Source of the DNA: an uncultured Planctomycetaceae bacterium
Lineage (GTDB): Bacteria > Planctomycetota > UBA1135 > GCA-002686595
DNA length: 64,000 bases
Assembly (NCBI GenBank): GCA_964507325.1
Contig: CAZDQL010000009.1
Location: 3,853-67,852 of the forward strand
Direction of reading: 5' to 3'
The translations under genes and the position numbers were made by a program. This document shows positions 20,180 through 29,139 of this stretch, in pieces. The notes beneath the pieces are model-generated. The model was not told where the DNA came from. It ran no database searches and worked only from the letters and a program-made list of their open reading frames with translations. The stretch's first letter is position 1. Each line of letters starts with the position of its first letter.

Positions 20180-23100
20180 TCACTCGGCGAAGGCCATCAC
20201 CTCCACGAGGTGGCGGCCGGTGTTCGCCGAGTTGTGGGTCTGGGTGACGCGGAGGTGGCGTACGAGGCGCGGGTCGATGTGGCAGGTGTAGCCCGCCGCG
20301 GTCGACGGCTCCTCGTTGTCGCGCCGGTCGGCGACCAGCTCCCAGGTCTCGCCGTCGAGCGACGTTTCGACCGTGAATCCGTAGTGGCGCTCGTCGCCGT
20401 AGTAGCCGACGACCACGATCCGACCCACGCTGGTCGGCTGCTCCAGGTCGACGCACCACCAGGCCGGGTCGCCGCCCGCCACGTCCATCGCCCAATAGCG
20501 GTGCGTGTCGTTCGCGAAGCCGTCGTTCGCGAGGTAGGCGGGGTGTGGTGCCAGAGCGGTCGAGCAGGTGACGGGCTTGCCGGTGGTCAGGCTCACCGAA
20601 TCGGGTGCGAACGAGTCCGCGTACTGCGCCCACAGCCGACGGGCCACCTCCAGGCTGTCGCCGTGCGGCGCGGTGGGGTGCGACTCGGTCGCGCTCGACC
20701 AGTCCTCCATCCACGTGCGCAGCTGCGCGCGGAACGCGGCCTCCTCGAAGGTGCGCTCTTCCCGCAGAGCCGCGCCGACGTCGCGCAGGTACCACTCCCA
20801 GCGCGGGAGGTAGTAGCCGCTGATCATGCCCGACCACTCCTTGCGGGCGTAGTCGTCGATCGCGGGCCCTTCCCCCCAGAGGGTCAGCACGCGGCGGGCG
20901 TTCCACTCGTAGGTCGCGCGCTCCGCCTCGGTCGTGCCCCAGCGCTTGGCGTCCTCGAGCCAACGTCCGAGCAGGAACTCCCCGCGCGTCGCGAGGAGCT
21001 GGTCGAGATCGCGCAGCAGCCCCAGGAAGCGCTGCGCGGCGCGGTCGAAGGCCTCGACGTCGCCCTGGCGATGGGACGCGACGACCTCGCCGTGCAGCAC
21101 GACGGCGTGGTTGGAGAGCACCTGGCGCGCGACGTTGACCAGGTCGAAGCGGTACGTGTCGACGTGGCTCAGCTCCGCCCCCGCCGCGAGCAGCTCGCGC
21201 CACGCCGCGGCCAGGCGGACGTTGTCGTAGGGCGCTCCTCCCACTGGACGCAGCGACGGCGCGTGGTCGACGACGGAGCGGGTGCGGTGGGGCGCGGTGT
21301 ACACCGTCTCCGCGAGCGTCGCCCAGGCGGCGGCAGCGTGGACGTTTTCCGCGCCGTAGCGATGACGGGCGTACCCCTCGATCCACCGGTCGAGATCGAC
21401 GGGCCCGTCGCGCCAGGCCGCCTCGAACATCAGGTCGTAGGCCACCGGGTTGTAGCCCAGCCCCTCGTTGACGAAGCCCAGCCCCGCGAGCTGCCCGCTC
21501 TCCCGCTGTCGCCGCGCCGCGAAGAGCCCCGCATTGTTGGCGTCCAGGAAGCCTCCCAGGTGCACCGTGCGCCCGAAGCTCTGCACGTTGCACCACACCC
21601 ACGGCTTGCCGTGGAACGCCTCGGTGCGGCTCCACTGCGGCCGATCTTCGCAGAAGAGATCCAGGCACAGCAGGCGCTCGTCGGGAACGGCAGCGAGGAA
21701 CGCCTGGATGCGCTCCGGCGTCCAGAAGGCCTGCTGGTTCAGGAAGATCCACGTCTGCAGGACCCACACCGCCTCGGGATCGACCGTGGACATCCCGCCG
21801 TGGATCGCCTTGGCCAGGCGGTCCAGATACTCGACGTCACCCCGCGGCGGCGTCATCTCGATGAAGGTGTCGGCGGCGTAGAGGTGATCGCTGCCGAAGC
21901 GCTGCGTCTGCTCCTCCATGTACAGCCGTGCGACCTCGGCGAAGAGCGGGTCGAGGGGATCGAGCAGGTGCGTCTCCCACTCGATCCAGCGGATGGTGTG
22001 CAGCTCCGCCGCCGGGTACAGGTCGGCGAGCGCTGCCGGCACGTGACCGGTGAAGCCCTGCAGTACGGGCGTCATCCCCAGCTCGCGTTCCCGCTCGAGG
22101 ATCCGCCGGCCGAGCGTCTCGTGGCGCTCGATCCAGTCCTCCGGCAGCGGTCCTCCCCAGCCGTCCAGGCACCCCATCCAGCCGAAGGGCAGGTACGGCG
22201 GCCCGGCGAGGAAGGCCTGCATCTGCGCCTCGGTCAGACCCAGCCGCCGGCCGACCGCCTGCCACACCGCCTCCTGCCCCGTCACCGCCAGCGGCGCGGT
22301 GACGCCGTTGAGCGCCATCCAGTCGATCAGCCGCTCCCACTGCTCCCAGTCCCACCAGGGCAGGGAGTAGCCGAAGCAGCAGTAGTTCAGGAAGTAGCGG
22401 TGCTGCGCCCAGCTGACGCGCCGCACCTTGGGCCGCACGACGGGCAGCGGCTCGGGCAGGGAGAGCTGGTCGCCGTACCACGACACGTGCGCATGGCAGT
22501 GGTGCTTCAGGTACCAGTGCAGCCCCATCGCCATCGAGACGGCGGTGTTGCCGCGGACGACGAGCTTCCCCTCCACGGTCTCGAGCTCGAAGACGTCGCG
22601 GCCGAGCTCCGGCTCCAGGAGCTCGAAGGCGAAGTGGTCGACGTGTCCGGGCAGCAGGCGCTCGAGCAGCGCCTCGGCCGCACGTGGGGCATCGTCGTCG
22701 CTGCGCCCCTCCCAGGTCCTCGGCACGCGGTCCAGGGGACGGTGGGCGATGCCGGCCGCACTCAGGCGCTCGAGGTGTGTGGCGAGGCGGATCAGGAATG
22801 GATCGACGCCCCGATCGGCCGCGGGGGACCACAGCTTCTCGGCCAGGGCGCACGCCCGCGGCCAGGCCATGAAGTCGCGCCGCTCACGGTCCGCGATCAG
22901 CTCGCCCCAGAGCTGCCCCTGGCCGCCGAGCACGTGCTCAGCTTCCTGCGCCGTGAGCTCCGCGGGGACCGGCTCGAATCCGTACACGTCCTCGACCGTC
23001 GTCACTTGCCGCCCGAGCCCCAGCTCGTCGGCGTGCTGGCGGTAGTCGAAGTAGGTGTGGGAAGTCGGCGCCATGACCACGTCGTGGCCCGCCTTGGCGG

Positions 23101-24379
23101 CGGTGATGCCGCCGGACGTCCCGCGCCAGCTCATCACCGTGGCGCCGGGGGCCAGCCCCCCCTGGAGGATCTCGTCCCAGCCGACCATGCGCCGCCCCTT
23201 CTCCGCCAGGAAGGCGTCCATCTGCCCGATGAACCAGCTGTGCAGCGCGTGGGCGTCAGCGCATTCCAGCTCCGCCATCAGCGCCTGCATCTCGGAGTCC
23301 TTCGTCCAGACGTCGAGGTTGGCCTCGTCGCCGCCGATGTGGATGAACTCGCCGGGGAAGAGGTCGATCACCTCCGCCAGGACGTCCTGCATGAAGGCGA
23401 CGGTGCGCGGCCGGGGGCCGAGGAGCCCCGAGTTCGGGCGCCAGTGGGACACGTCACCCCACCGCTCGCCGGGAGGCAGCTCGGCCAGGTGCCCCATGTT
23501 CACGCCGAGCTCGGGATGGGCCACGATCGCGGCGCCGGCGTGGTAGGGCATCTCGATCTCGGGAACGAGTGTGACGTGCCGCTCCGCGGCGTAGCGCACC
23601 AGCCGCCGGATGTCGTCCTGCGTGTAGTAGCCGAAGCGGCGGGGCCCTGCCCCGCCGCGGTAGCGCAGGTTCCAGTCCATCTGCGAGCCGTGCTCGGTCA
23701 GCTCCGGGTACTTGGCGATCTCGATGCGCCAGCCCTCGTTGTCGGTCAGGTGGATCTGCAGCCGGTTGAGCTTGTGGAGCGCCATCGCGTCGATGACGTG
23801 CTCGACGTCCTCCACCGGGATGAAGTGACGGGCCGGATCGATCAGGAGGCCGCGCCACGCGAAGCGCGGGTGGTCCGTGATCGTCACGCACGGGATGGGC
23901 CAGAAGCCGTCCACCCGGGTAGGGGAGAGGACCTCGGCCGGGAGCAGCTGGCGCAGCGTCTGGACCCCGTAGAAGAGCCCCGGGACCGCGGCGGCGCGCA
24001 GGTCGATGCGCGCGGGTGTGACGCGCAGGGTGTAGCCCTCCTCGCCGAGCGCCGCGGTCAGCTCCTCGTCGAGCGCCAGGGCGATCAGGTCCTCGTCGCG
24101 CCCCGGAAAGTCCGCCCGCGGCAAGCGCGAGCCCGTGGCCGGGGCCAGCGTCTCGACGAGTTGGTCCGCCACGTCCTCCGCGCCGGCGGCCGCGACCACG
24201 GTGGTGGACGGGGCCAGGAGGAAGGCGCCCTCCGCGACCGACATCTCCACCGGCTGCGGAATCACCACCGGGTGCGAATCCGTGTCAGTTCGGGCCGCGG
24301 TGTGACCCGCGAGGCCGGAGAGGCAGACGAACATGGCAGTGAGGGTTCTGGCCGGGGTCTGCGCTTCGTGACCGTGCAT
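20180..24379 (-). CDS. multidomain secreted glycoside hydrolase: GH20 beta-N-acetylhexosaminidase + GH89 alpha-N-acetylglucosaminidase (NAGLU-like) + C-terminal F5/8 type C (discoidin/CBM32) domain
   Basis: Signal peptide MHGHEAQTPARTLTAMFVCLSGLAGHTAA, with RBS GGAGG 8 nt upstream. GH20 core: RFAWRGLLIDPARHFIPVEDVEHVIDAMALHKLNRLQIHLTDNEGWR...HIGGDEA. NAGLU-like region: HWYLKHHCHAHVSWYGDQ...YFLNYCCFGYSLPWWDWEQWERLIDWMALNGVTAPLA. Discoidin: AYLANDGFANDTHRYWAMD...WWCVDL...GETWELVA. Confidence 0.85.
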   Translation of the reverse strand: MHGHEAQTPARTLTAMFVCLSGLAGHTAARTDTDSHPVVIPQPVEMSVAEGAFLLAPSTTVVAAAGAEDVADQLVETLAPATGSRLPRADFPGRDEDLIALALDEELTAALGEEGYTLRVTPARIDLRAAAVPGLFYGVQTLRQLLPAEVLSPTRVDGFWPIPCVTITDHPRFAWRGLLIDPARHFIPVEDVEHVIDAMALHKLNRLQIHLTDNEGWRIEIAKYPELTEHGSQMDWNLRYRGGAGPRRFGYYTQDDIRRLVRYAAERHVTLVPEIEMPYHAGAAIVAHPELGVNMGHLAELPPGERWGDVSHWRPNSGLLGPRPRTVAFMQDVLAEVIDLFPGEFIHIGGDEANLDVWTKDSEMQALMAELECADAHALHSWFIGQMDAFLAEKGRRMVGWDEILQGGLAPGATVMSWRGTSGGITAAKAGHDVVMAPTSHTYFDYRQHADELGLGRQVTTVEDVYGFEPVPAELTAQEAEHVLGGQGQLWGELIADRERRDFMAWPRACALAEKLWSPAADRGVDPFLIRLATHLERLSAAGIAHRPLDRVPRTWEGRSDDDAPRAAEALLERLLPGHVDHFAFELLEPELGRDVFELETVEGKLVVRGNTAVSMAMGLHWYLKHHCHAHVSWYGDQLSLPEPLPVVRPKVRRVSWAQHRYFLNYCCFGYSLPWWDWEQWERLIDWMALNGVTAPLAVTGQEAVWQAVGRRLGLTEAQMQAFLAGPPYLPFGWMGCLDGWGGPLPEDWIERHETLGRRILERERELGMTPVLQGFTGHVPAALADLYPAAELHTIRWIEWETHLLDPLDPLFAEVARLYMEEQTQRFGSDHLYAADTFIEMTPPRGDVEYLDRLAKAIHGGMSTVDPEAVWVLQTWIFLNQQAFWTPERIQAFLAAVPDERLLCLDLFCEDRPQWSRTEAFHGKPWVWCNVQSFGRTVHLGGFLDANNAGLFAARRQRESGQLAGLGFVNEGLGYNPVAYDLMFEAAWRDGPVDLDRWIEGYARHRYGAENVHAAAAWATLAETVYTAPHRTRSVVDHAPSLRPVGGAPYDNVRLAAAWRELLAAGAELSHVDTYRFDLVNVARQVLSNHAVVLHGEVVASHRQGDVEAFDRAAQRFLGLLRDLDQLLATRGEFLLGRWLEDAKRWGTTEAERATYEWNARRVLTLWGEGPAIDDYARKEWSGMISGYYLPRWEWYLRDVGAALREERTFEEAAFRAQLRTWMEDWSSATESHPTAPHGDSLEVARRLWAQYADSFAPDSVSLTTGKPVTCSTALAPHPAYLANDGFANDTHRYWAMDVAGGDPAWWCVDLEQPTSVGRIVVVGYYGDERHYGFTVETSLDGETWELVADRRDNEEPSTAAGYTCHIDPRLVRHLRVTQTHNSANTGRHLVEVMAFAE

Positions 24380-24591
24380 GACTGATCCTCCGGGTCGGGC
24401 CGGACGTCGACGGGGCCTCCCGCGCCCGGCCCCCGTACTTACCAAATGAGCTCGTACCGCAGCGTCGGATCGCGCGGTGAATCAGGGTGCAATCCGGCTC
24501 CGGGGGGGGCAGTGCTCGCCGGCGTGGACCTCCAACGCGAGGTCGTGTACACCATCCGGCCCCCGCGAATCCCCCCCTGCTGAGTTCCGCC

Positions 24592-27500
24592 ATGCGTCGC
24601 CTGGCCACGCCGTCCCTCTTCGTCCTCCTCCTCGTCGCGTGTCAAGCGTCGGTTTCCGCCCAGGGCACGCGTGCGTCGGCGCCGCCCCCTCCCCGCACGA
24701 CGGCCGCCGCCCCCTCCGAGGGCGTGCCCGGCTACTACCGCCAGCCCGCCCTGCACGGCGACACGATCGTCTTCGCGGGTGAGGGCGACCTGTGGGTGGT
24801 CTCGGTCGCTGGGGGGGTGGCACGCCGGCTGACCACGCACCCCGGGGAGGAGACCGATCCGGCGCTCTCGCCCGACGGGACCACGTTGGCGTTCACTGCC
24901 CGCTACGAGGGACCGGCGGAGGTGTACACGATGCCGCTCGCCGGCGGCACGCCCACGCGCGCCACGTACGAGGCCGACACTTCGACGGTGCGCACGTGGA
25001 CTCCGGACGGGAAGCTCGTGTACGAGACGCGGCGCTTCTCCGGCCTCCCGCGGCCGGGGCTCGTGGCGTTGGACGTCGAGACGATGATGCCGAGCCCCCT
25101 GCCGCTCTCGTACTGCGCCAACCCGACCTTCGACGCGGCGGGCACGACGACCTGGTTCGTGCGGCCCGCCTGGCACCGCAACGTGACCAAGCGCTACACG
25201 GGCGGCACCGCACGGGACGTCTGGAAGTTCACGACCGGCAGCGAGGAGGCGATCGAGCTGACCGGCGACTACGACGGCGAGAGCCACTCGCCGATGTGGT
25301 GGGACGGCCGCGTCTACTTCGTCACCGACCGCGACGGCACGATGAACCTGTGGTCGATGGACGAGGACGGCGGCGACCTGCGCCAGCACACCCGGCACAG
25401 CGCCTTCGACGTCCGCGAGCCCGCGCTCCACGCCGGGCGCATCGTCTACCAGCGCGCGGCCGACCTGTGGCTGTACGACATCGCCGCGGACCAGACGCGC
25501 CGGGTGCCGATCACCCTGGCCTCGGACCTCGACCAGCTTCGCGAGCGGTGGGTCGACGAACCGATGCAGAGCCTCCAGGCCGCCCACCTGCACCCCAAGG
25601 GGGAGAGCGTCGTGCTCACCTCGCGCGGGCGCGTCTTCGTCGCCCCCGCGCAGCAGGGGCGGCTGGTGCGCGCCTCCCGCAAGGACGGCGTGCGGTTCCG
25701 CGACGTGACGTTCCTGCCCGGGGGCGATGCACTCGTGGGGCTGACCGACGAGTCCGGCGAGCTCGAGCTCACCCGGCTGCCCGCCAACGGGGTGGGCGCC
25801 GACGAGCCCCTCACGAGCGATGGCACCATCCTGCGCTTCGAGCCGACCCCCTCCCCCGACGGCCGCTGGATCGCGTACCACGACAACAACCACGACCTGT
25901 GGGTCCTGGACGTCGAGGCGGGGAAGTCCCGCAAGATCAACGAGAACCGCGAGGGCGTCGCCAACCTGGCGTGGTCGCCCGACGGGCGCTGGCTCGCCTA
26001 CAGGATGACCGCGCTCAACACCTTCCGCCGCATCGTCGTCTTCGACACGCAGGAGGGAACCACGTTCGCGGTCACGAGCGACCGCGTGAACAGCCAGTCG
26101 CCCGCATGGGGCCCGCAGGGCGACTTCCTCTACTTCCTCTCGGACCGCAACCTGCGGTCGCTCGTGTCGTCGCCCTGGGGGACGCGCGCTCCGCAGCCGT
26201 ACTTCGACAAGACGATGCAGGTGTTCCTCGTCGGACTGCGGCCCGGGTTGCGCTCGCCGTTCCGGCCGGACGACGAGCTCGCGCCCGCCGCCGCGCGCGA
26301 GGACGGGAAGCAAGAGGAAGAGGAGGGGAAGCAGGAGCAGGACGAGCCGCGGACCGAGCCCGTCGAGATCGAGCCGGCCGGGATCGCGGGGCGCGTGGAG
26401 CGCGTACCGCTCGCGGCGGGGAACTACCGCTCACTCGCCGTGAACCGCAAGGCGCTGTTCCTCACCGCCCGGGACTCGGGGCCCGGGGCGAGGACACATC
26501 TCGTGGGGGTGAAGATCGACAACGAGGACGTCGAGGCGAAGACGATGGTGCCGGAGGTGCGGGCGGTCGAGATGTCCCTCGACGGGAAGCAGCTCCTCGT
26601 GCGGAAAGGCCAGGAGATCTACGTGATCGATGCGAAGCCGGGCGAGGTGGAGAAGCTCGGCAAGCACCGGGTCGACCTGTCGGGCTGGAGCTACTCGCTC
26701 GACGTGCGCCAGGACTGGCGGCAGATCTTCGTGGACGCGTGGCGGCTCGAGCGTGACTACTTCTACGACCCCGGAATGCACGGACTCGACTGGGACGCGG
26801 TCCTCGCGCGCTACCTGCCGCTCGTGGAGCGCGTGACGACGCGGGACGAGCTCTCCCACCTGATCGGCTGCCTGGTCGGCGAGCTCTCTGCCCTGCACAC
26901 GAGCGTGCGCGGCGGTGACCTGCGCCAAGGGCCCGACCAGGTGTCCGTGGCGACCCTCGGTGCCCGGATGTTCCGCGACCCCGCCGCGGGAGGGTATCGC
27001 ATCGACTACGTGTTCCAGTCGGACCCCGACTACCCCGACGAGCGCGCGCCGCTCGCGGAGCCCCACCTCGACGTGCACGCCGGGGACGTCATCGAGGCGG
27101 TCAACGGCACCAGTACGCTGGACGTCTTCGACATCGGCGCGCTGCTGCGGCACCAGCAGGGCAAGCAGGTGCTCCTGCGCGTGAAGTCGGGCGGCAAGGG
27201 CGCGACGCCGGCGGGCGAGTCGCGCGACCTGATCGTCGTCCCGGACGCGAACGAGCTCAATCTGCGCTACGCCGACTGGGAGTACACGCGACGCCTGCGC
27301 GTCGAGGAAGAGAGCGATGGCAAGATCGGTTACCTCCACCTGCGCGCGATGGGGGGGAGCAACATCACCGAGTTCTTCCGCAACTTCTACCCGGTCTTCG
27401 ATCGGCCCGGGCTGATCGTCGACGTGCGCAGCAATCGGGGTGGCAACATCGACAGCTTCATCCTCTCGCGGTTGATGCGCAAGGCGTGGATGTACTGGCA

Positions 27501-27945
27501 GGGCCGCCAGGAGCAGCCGACGTGGAACATGCAGTACGCGTTCCGCGGGCACATGGTGGTGCTGGTCGACCAGCTGACCGCCTCGGACGGCGAGGCCTTC
27601 GCCGACGGCTTCCGGCGCCTGGGCCTCGGACCGGTGATCGGGATGCGCACGTGGGGCGGAGAGATCTGGCTCAGCTCCGACAACCGCTTGAGTGACGGCG
27701 GCATCGCCCGCGCACCGATGTCCGGCGTGTACGGACCGGAGGGCGAGTGGCTGATCGAGCAGATCGGTGTCGTGCCCGACATGGAGGTGGACAACCTCCC
27801 CCACGCGACCTTCCGCGGCGCCGACGCTCAGCTCGACGCCGCGATCGAGTACCTACTCGGCGAGATCGAGAAGGACCCGCGCCCTGTGCCTCCTCCCCCG
27901 CCGTACCCGGACCGCTCGTTCGACTATCCCGAGGAAGGGCGCTGA
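24592..27945 (+). CDS. tricorn-protease-like peptidase (TolB-like beta-propellers + PDZ + S41 catalytic domain)
   Basis: Signal peptide MRRLATPSLFVLLLVACQASVSA. N-terminal propeller repeats: PALSPDGTTLAF, WTPDGKLVY, PSPDGRWIAY, WSPDGRWLAY. C-terminal S41-type domain: YLHLRAMGG...VDVRSNRGGNIDSF...GPVIGMRTWGGEIW. Confidence 0.85.
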   Translation: MRRLATPSLFVLLLVACQASVSAQGTRASAPPPPRTTAAAPSEGVPGYYRQPALHGDTIVFAGEGDLWVVSVAGGVARRLTTHPGEETDPALSPDGTTLAFTARYEGPAEVYTMPLAGGTPTRATYEADTSTVRTWTPDGKLVYETRRFSGLPRPGLVALDVETMMPSPLPLSYCANPTFDAAGTTTWFVRPAWHRNVTKRYTGGTARDVWKFTTGSEEAIELTGDYDGESHSPMWWDGRVYFVTDRDGTMNLWSMDEDGGDLRQHTRHSAFDVREPALHAGRIVYQRAADLWLYDIAADQTRRVPITLASDLDQLRERWVDEPMQSLQAAHLHPKGESVVLTSRGRVFVAPAQQGRLVRASRKDGVRFRDVTFLPGGDALVGLTDESGELELTRLPANGVGADEPLTSDGTILRFEPTPSPDGRWIAYHDNNHDLWVLDVEAGKSRKINENREGVANLAWSPDGRWLAYRMTALNTFRRIVVFDTQEGTTFAVTSDRVNSQSPAWGPQGDFLYFLSDRNLRSLVSSPWGTRAPQPYFDKTMQVFLVGLRPGLRSPFRPDDELAPAAAREDGKQEEEEGKQEQDEPRTEPVEIEPAGIAGRVERVPLAAGNYRSLAVNRKALFLTARDSGPGARTHLVGVKIDNEDVEAKTMVPEVRAVEMSLDGKQLLVRKGQEIYVIDAKPGEVEKLGKHRVDLSGWSYSLDVRQDWRQIFVDAWRLERDYFYDPGMHGLDWDAVLARYLPLVERVTTRDELSHLIGCLVGELSALHTSVRGGDLRQGPDQVSVATLGARMFRDPAAGGYRIDYVFQSDPDYPDERAPLAEPHLDVHAGDVIEAVNGTSTLDVFDIGALLRHQQGKQVLLRVKSGGKGATPAGESRDLIVVPDANELNLRYADWEYTRRLRVEEESDGKIGYLHLRAMGGSNITEFFRNFYPVFDRPGLIVDVRSNRGGNIDSFILSRLMRKAWMYWQGRQEQPTWNMQYAFRGHMVVLVDQLTASDGEAFADGFRRLGLGPVIGMRTWGGEIWLSSDNRLSDGGIARAPMSGVYGPEGEWLIEQIGVVPDMEVDNLPHATFRGADAQLDAAIEYLLGEIEKDPRPVPPPPPYPDRSFDYPEEGR

Positions 27946-27995
27946 ACCAACCACAGGCCTTGAAGTCGCTGGACCACTACAGCCGGAGGGAATAG

Positions 27996-28649
27996 ATGAC
28001 GCCCCAGGAGTATCTCGACAGCTTATGGAAGGAGCGCGCCACCGCGATCCTCCGCACGCAGGACCGCAAGGTGGCGGCCGACGCCATGGAGGCGGCCATC
28101 ACCGGCGGCTTTCGGGTGGTGGAATTCACCCTGAACACGCCCACGGCGCTCGAGCTGATCGCCAGGTTCTCCCAGCGGCCGGAGCTGATCGTGGGCGCCG
28201 GCACGGTGCTCACTCCCGACGACGCGCGGCGCGCCGTCGACGCGGGCGCCCGGTTCCTGGTCTCGCCGGTGATCGATGCGGAGGTGATCGCGACGGCGCA
28301 CCAGCTCGAGGTGGCGGTCATGCCCGGCACCCACACGCCCACCGAGATGTGGACGGCCCACCAGTGGGGTGCCCAGCTGCAGAAGCTCTTCCCGGCGCCG
28401 GGTCACGGCCCCTTCTACGTTCGCTCCTGCCTCGGGCCGCTGCCCGAGCTGCGCATCGTGCCCACCAACGGGGTCGACGCGGACAACGTCGCCGATTGGC
28501 TGCGCGCGGGCTCTTTCGCGGTGGGATTCACCACGACCCTCTTCGAGCCGAGCGCCCTCGAGGAGCGGCGCTTCGACGACATCGCGGCCACGGCGCGCAC
28601 CCTGCTCGAAGCGGCGCGATCCGTGGACCGCCCCCTCGAGCATCACTGA
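27996..28649 (+). CDS. eda: KDPG/KHG aldolase (2-dehydro-3-deoxyphosphogluconate aldolase)
   Basis: 217 aa beginning MTPQEYLDSLWKERATAILRTQD... The pattern matches Eda: AITGGFRVVEFTLNTPTALELI; GAGTVLTPDDARRAVDAGARFLVSP; MPGTHTPTEM; KLFPA. Confidence 0.8.
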   Translation: MTPQEYLDSLWKERATAILRTQDRKVAADAMEAAITGGFRVVEFTLNTPTALELIARFSQRPELIVGAGTVLTPDDARRAVDAGARFLVSPVIDAEVIATAHQLEVAVMPGTHTPTEMWTAHQWGAQLQKLFPAPGHGPFYVRSCLGPLPELRIVPTNGVDADNVADWLRAGSFAVGFTTTLFEPSALEERRFDDIAATARTLLEAARSVDRPLEHH

Positions 28650-28739
28650 GCCGCGCCTCGTTTCAGTGAGGCCGACGTTGCGGTCAATGCGGAGGTCCCG
28701 GCCCCCCTCCAGATCCACGACCCTCCAGCACCTGCAGCC

Positions 28740-29130
28740 GTGAGCCCTCCGAACCCCAGCAGCGGTTCCCAGCCACCGGTGCGCACCCCACTCAGGCGCA
28801 AGCTCGCGCTGCTGGTCGTCTCGACGCTGGTCACCTTGCTCCTCTTGGAGGTCGGCTGTCGGTGGGCCGCTCATCAGCGCAACCGCAGCACTTGGGAGGC
28901 TCGACGCGACCAGGAGACACGGCTGGCTCAACGCCTCCATGATGGACCCGATTCGCGAGTTCCTCGCGAGCCGAGGGCAGGACGTCGACTCCGTCGAGGC
29001 GTACATTCAGTCGGAGCTCGTGGTCAGCGCCAAGAATCCCCACCCCTCCGCGCTTCAGAATCGGATGATCTCCGAACACCTGTACGACGCACTGCAGAGG
29101 GGCGGGGTTCTTCAGCGGATGATGCGCTAG
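28740..29130 (+). other. two adjacent small ORFs in different frames (28740-~28937, frame 0, TM-anchored; 28939-29130, frame +1); possible single frameshifted gene
   Basis: Frame 0 gives MSPPNPSSGSQPPVRTPLRRKLALLVVSTLVTLLLLEVGCRW..., with good GC3 up to about 28935. Frame +1 gives MMDPIREFLASRGQDVDSVEAYIQSELVVSAKNPHPSALQNRMISEHLYDALQRGGVLQRMMR, also GC3-rich. The switch lies in CTCCATGATGGACCC. Confidence 0.25.
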
Positions 29131-29139
29131 GTGAGGCCT

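Noticed and set aside
20210-24385. 1391-aa plus-strand ORF antisense to the GH20-GH89 gene
   Set aside because: Low-complexity R/G/A/V-rich translation with no motifs. The minus strand encodes recognisable GH20, GH89 and discoidin domains.
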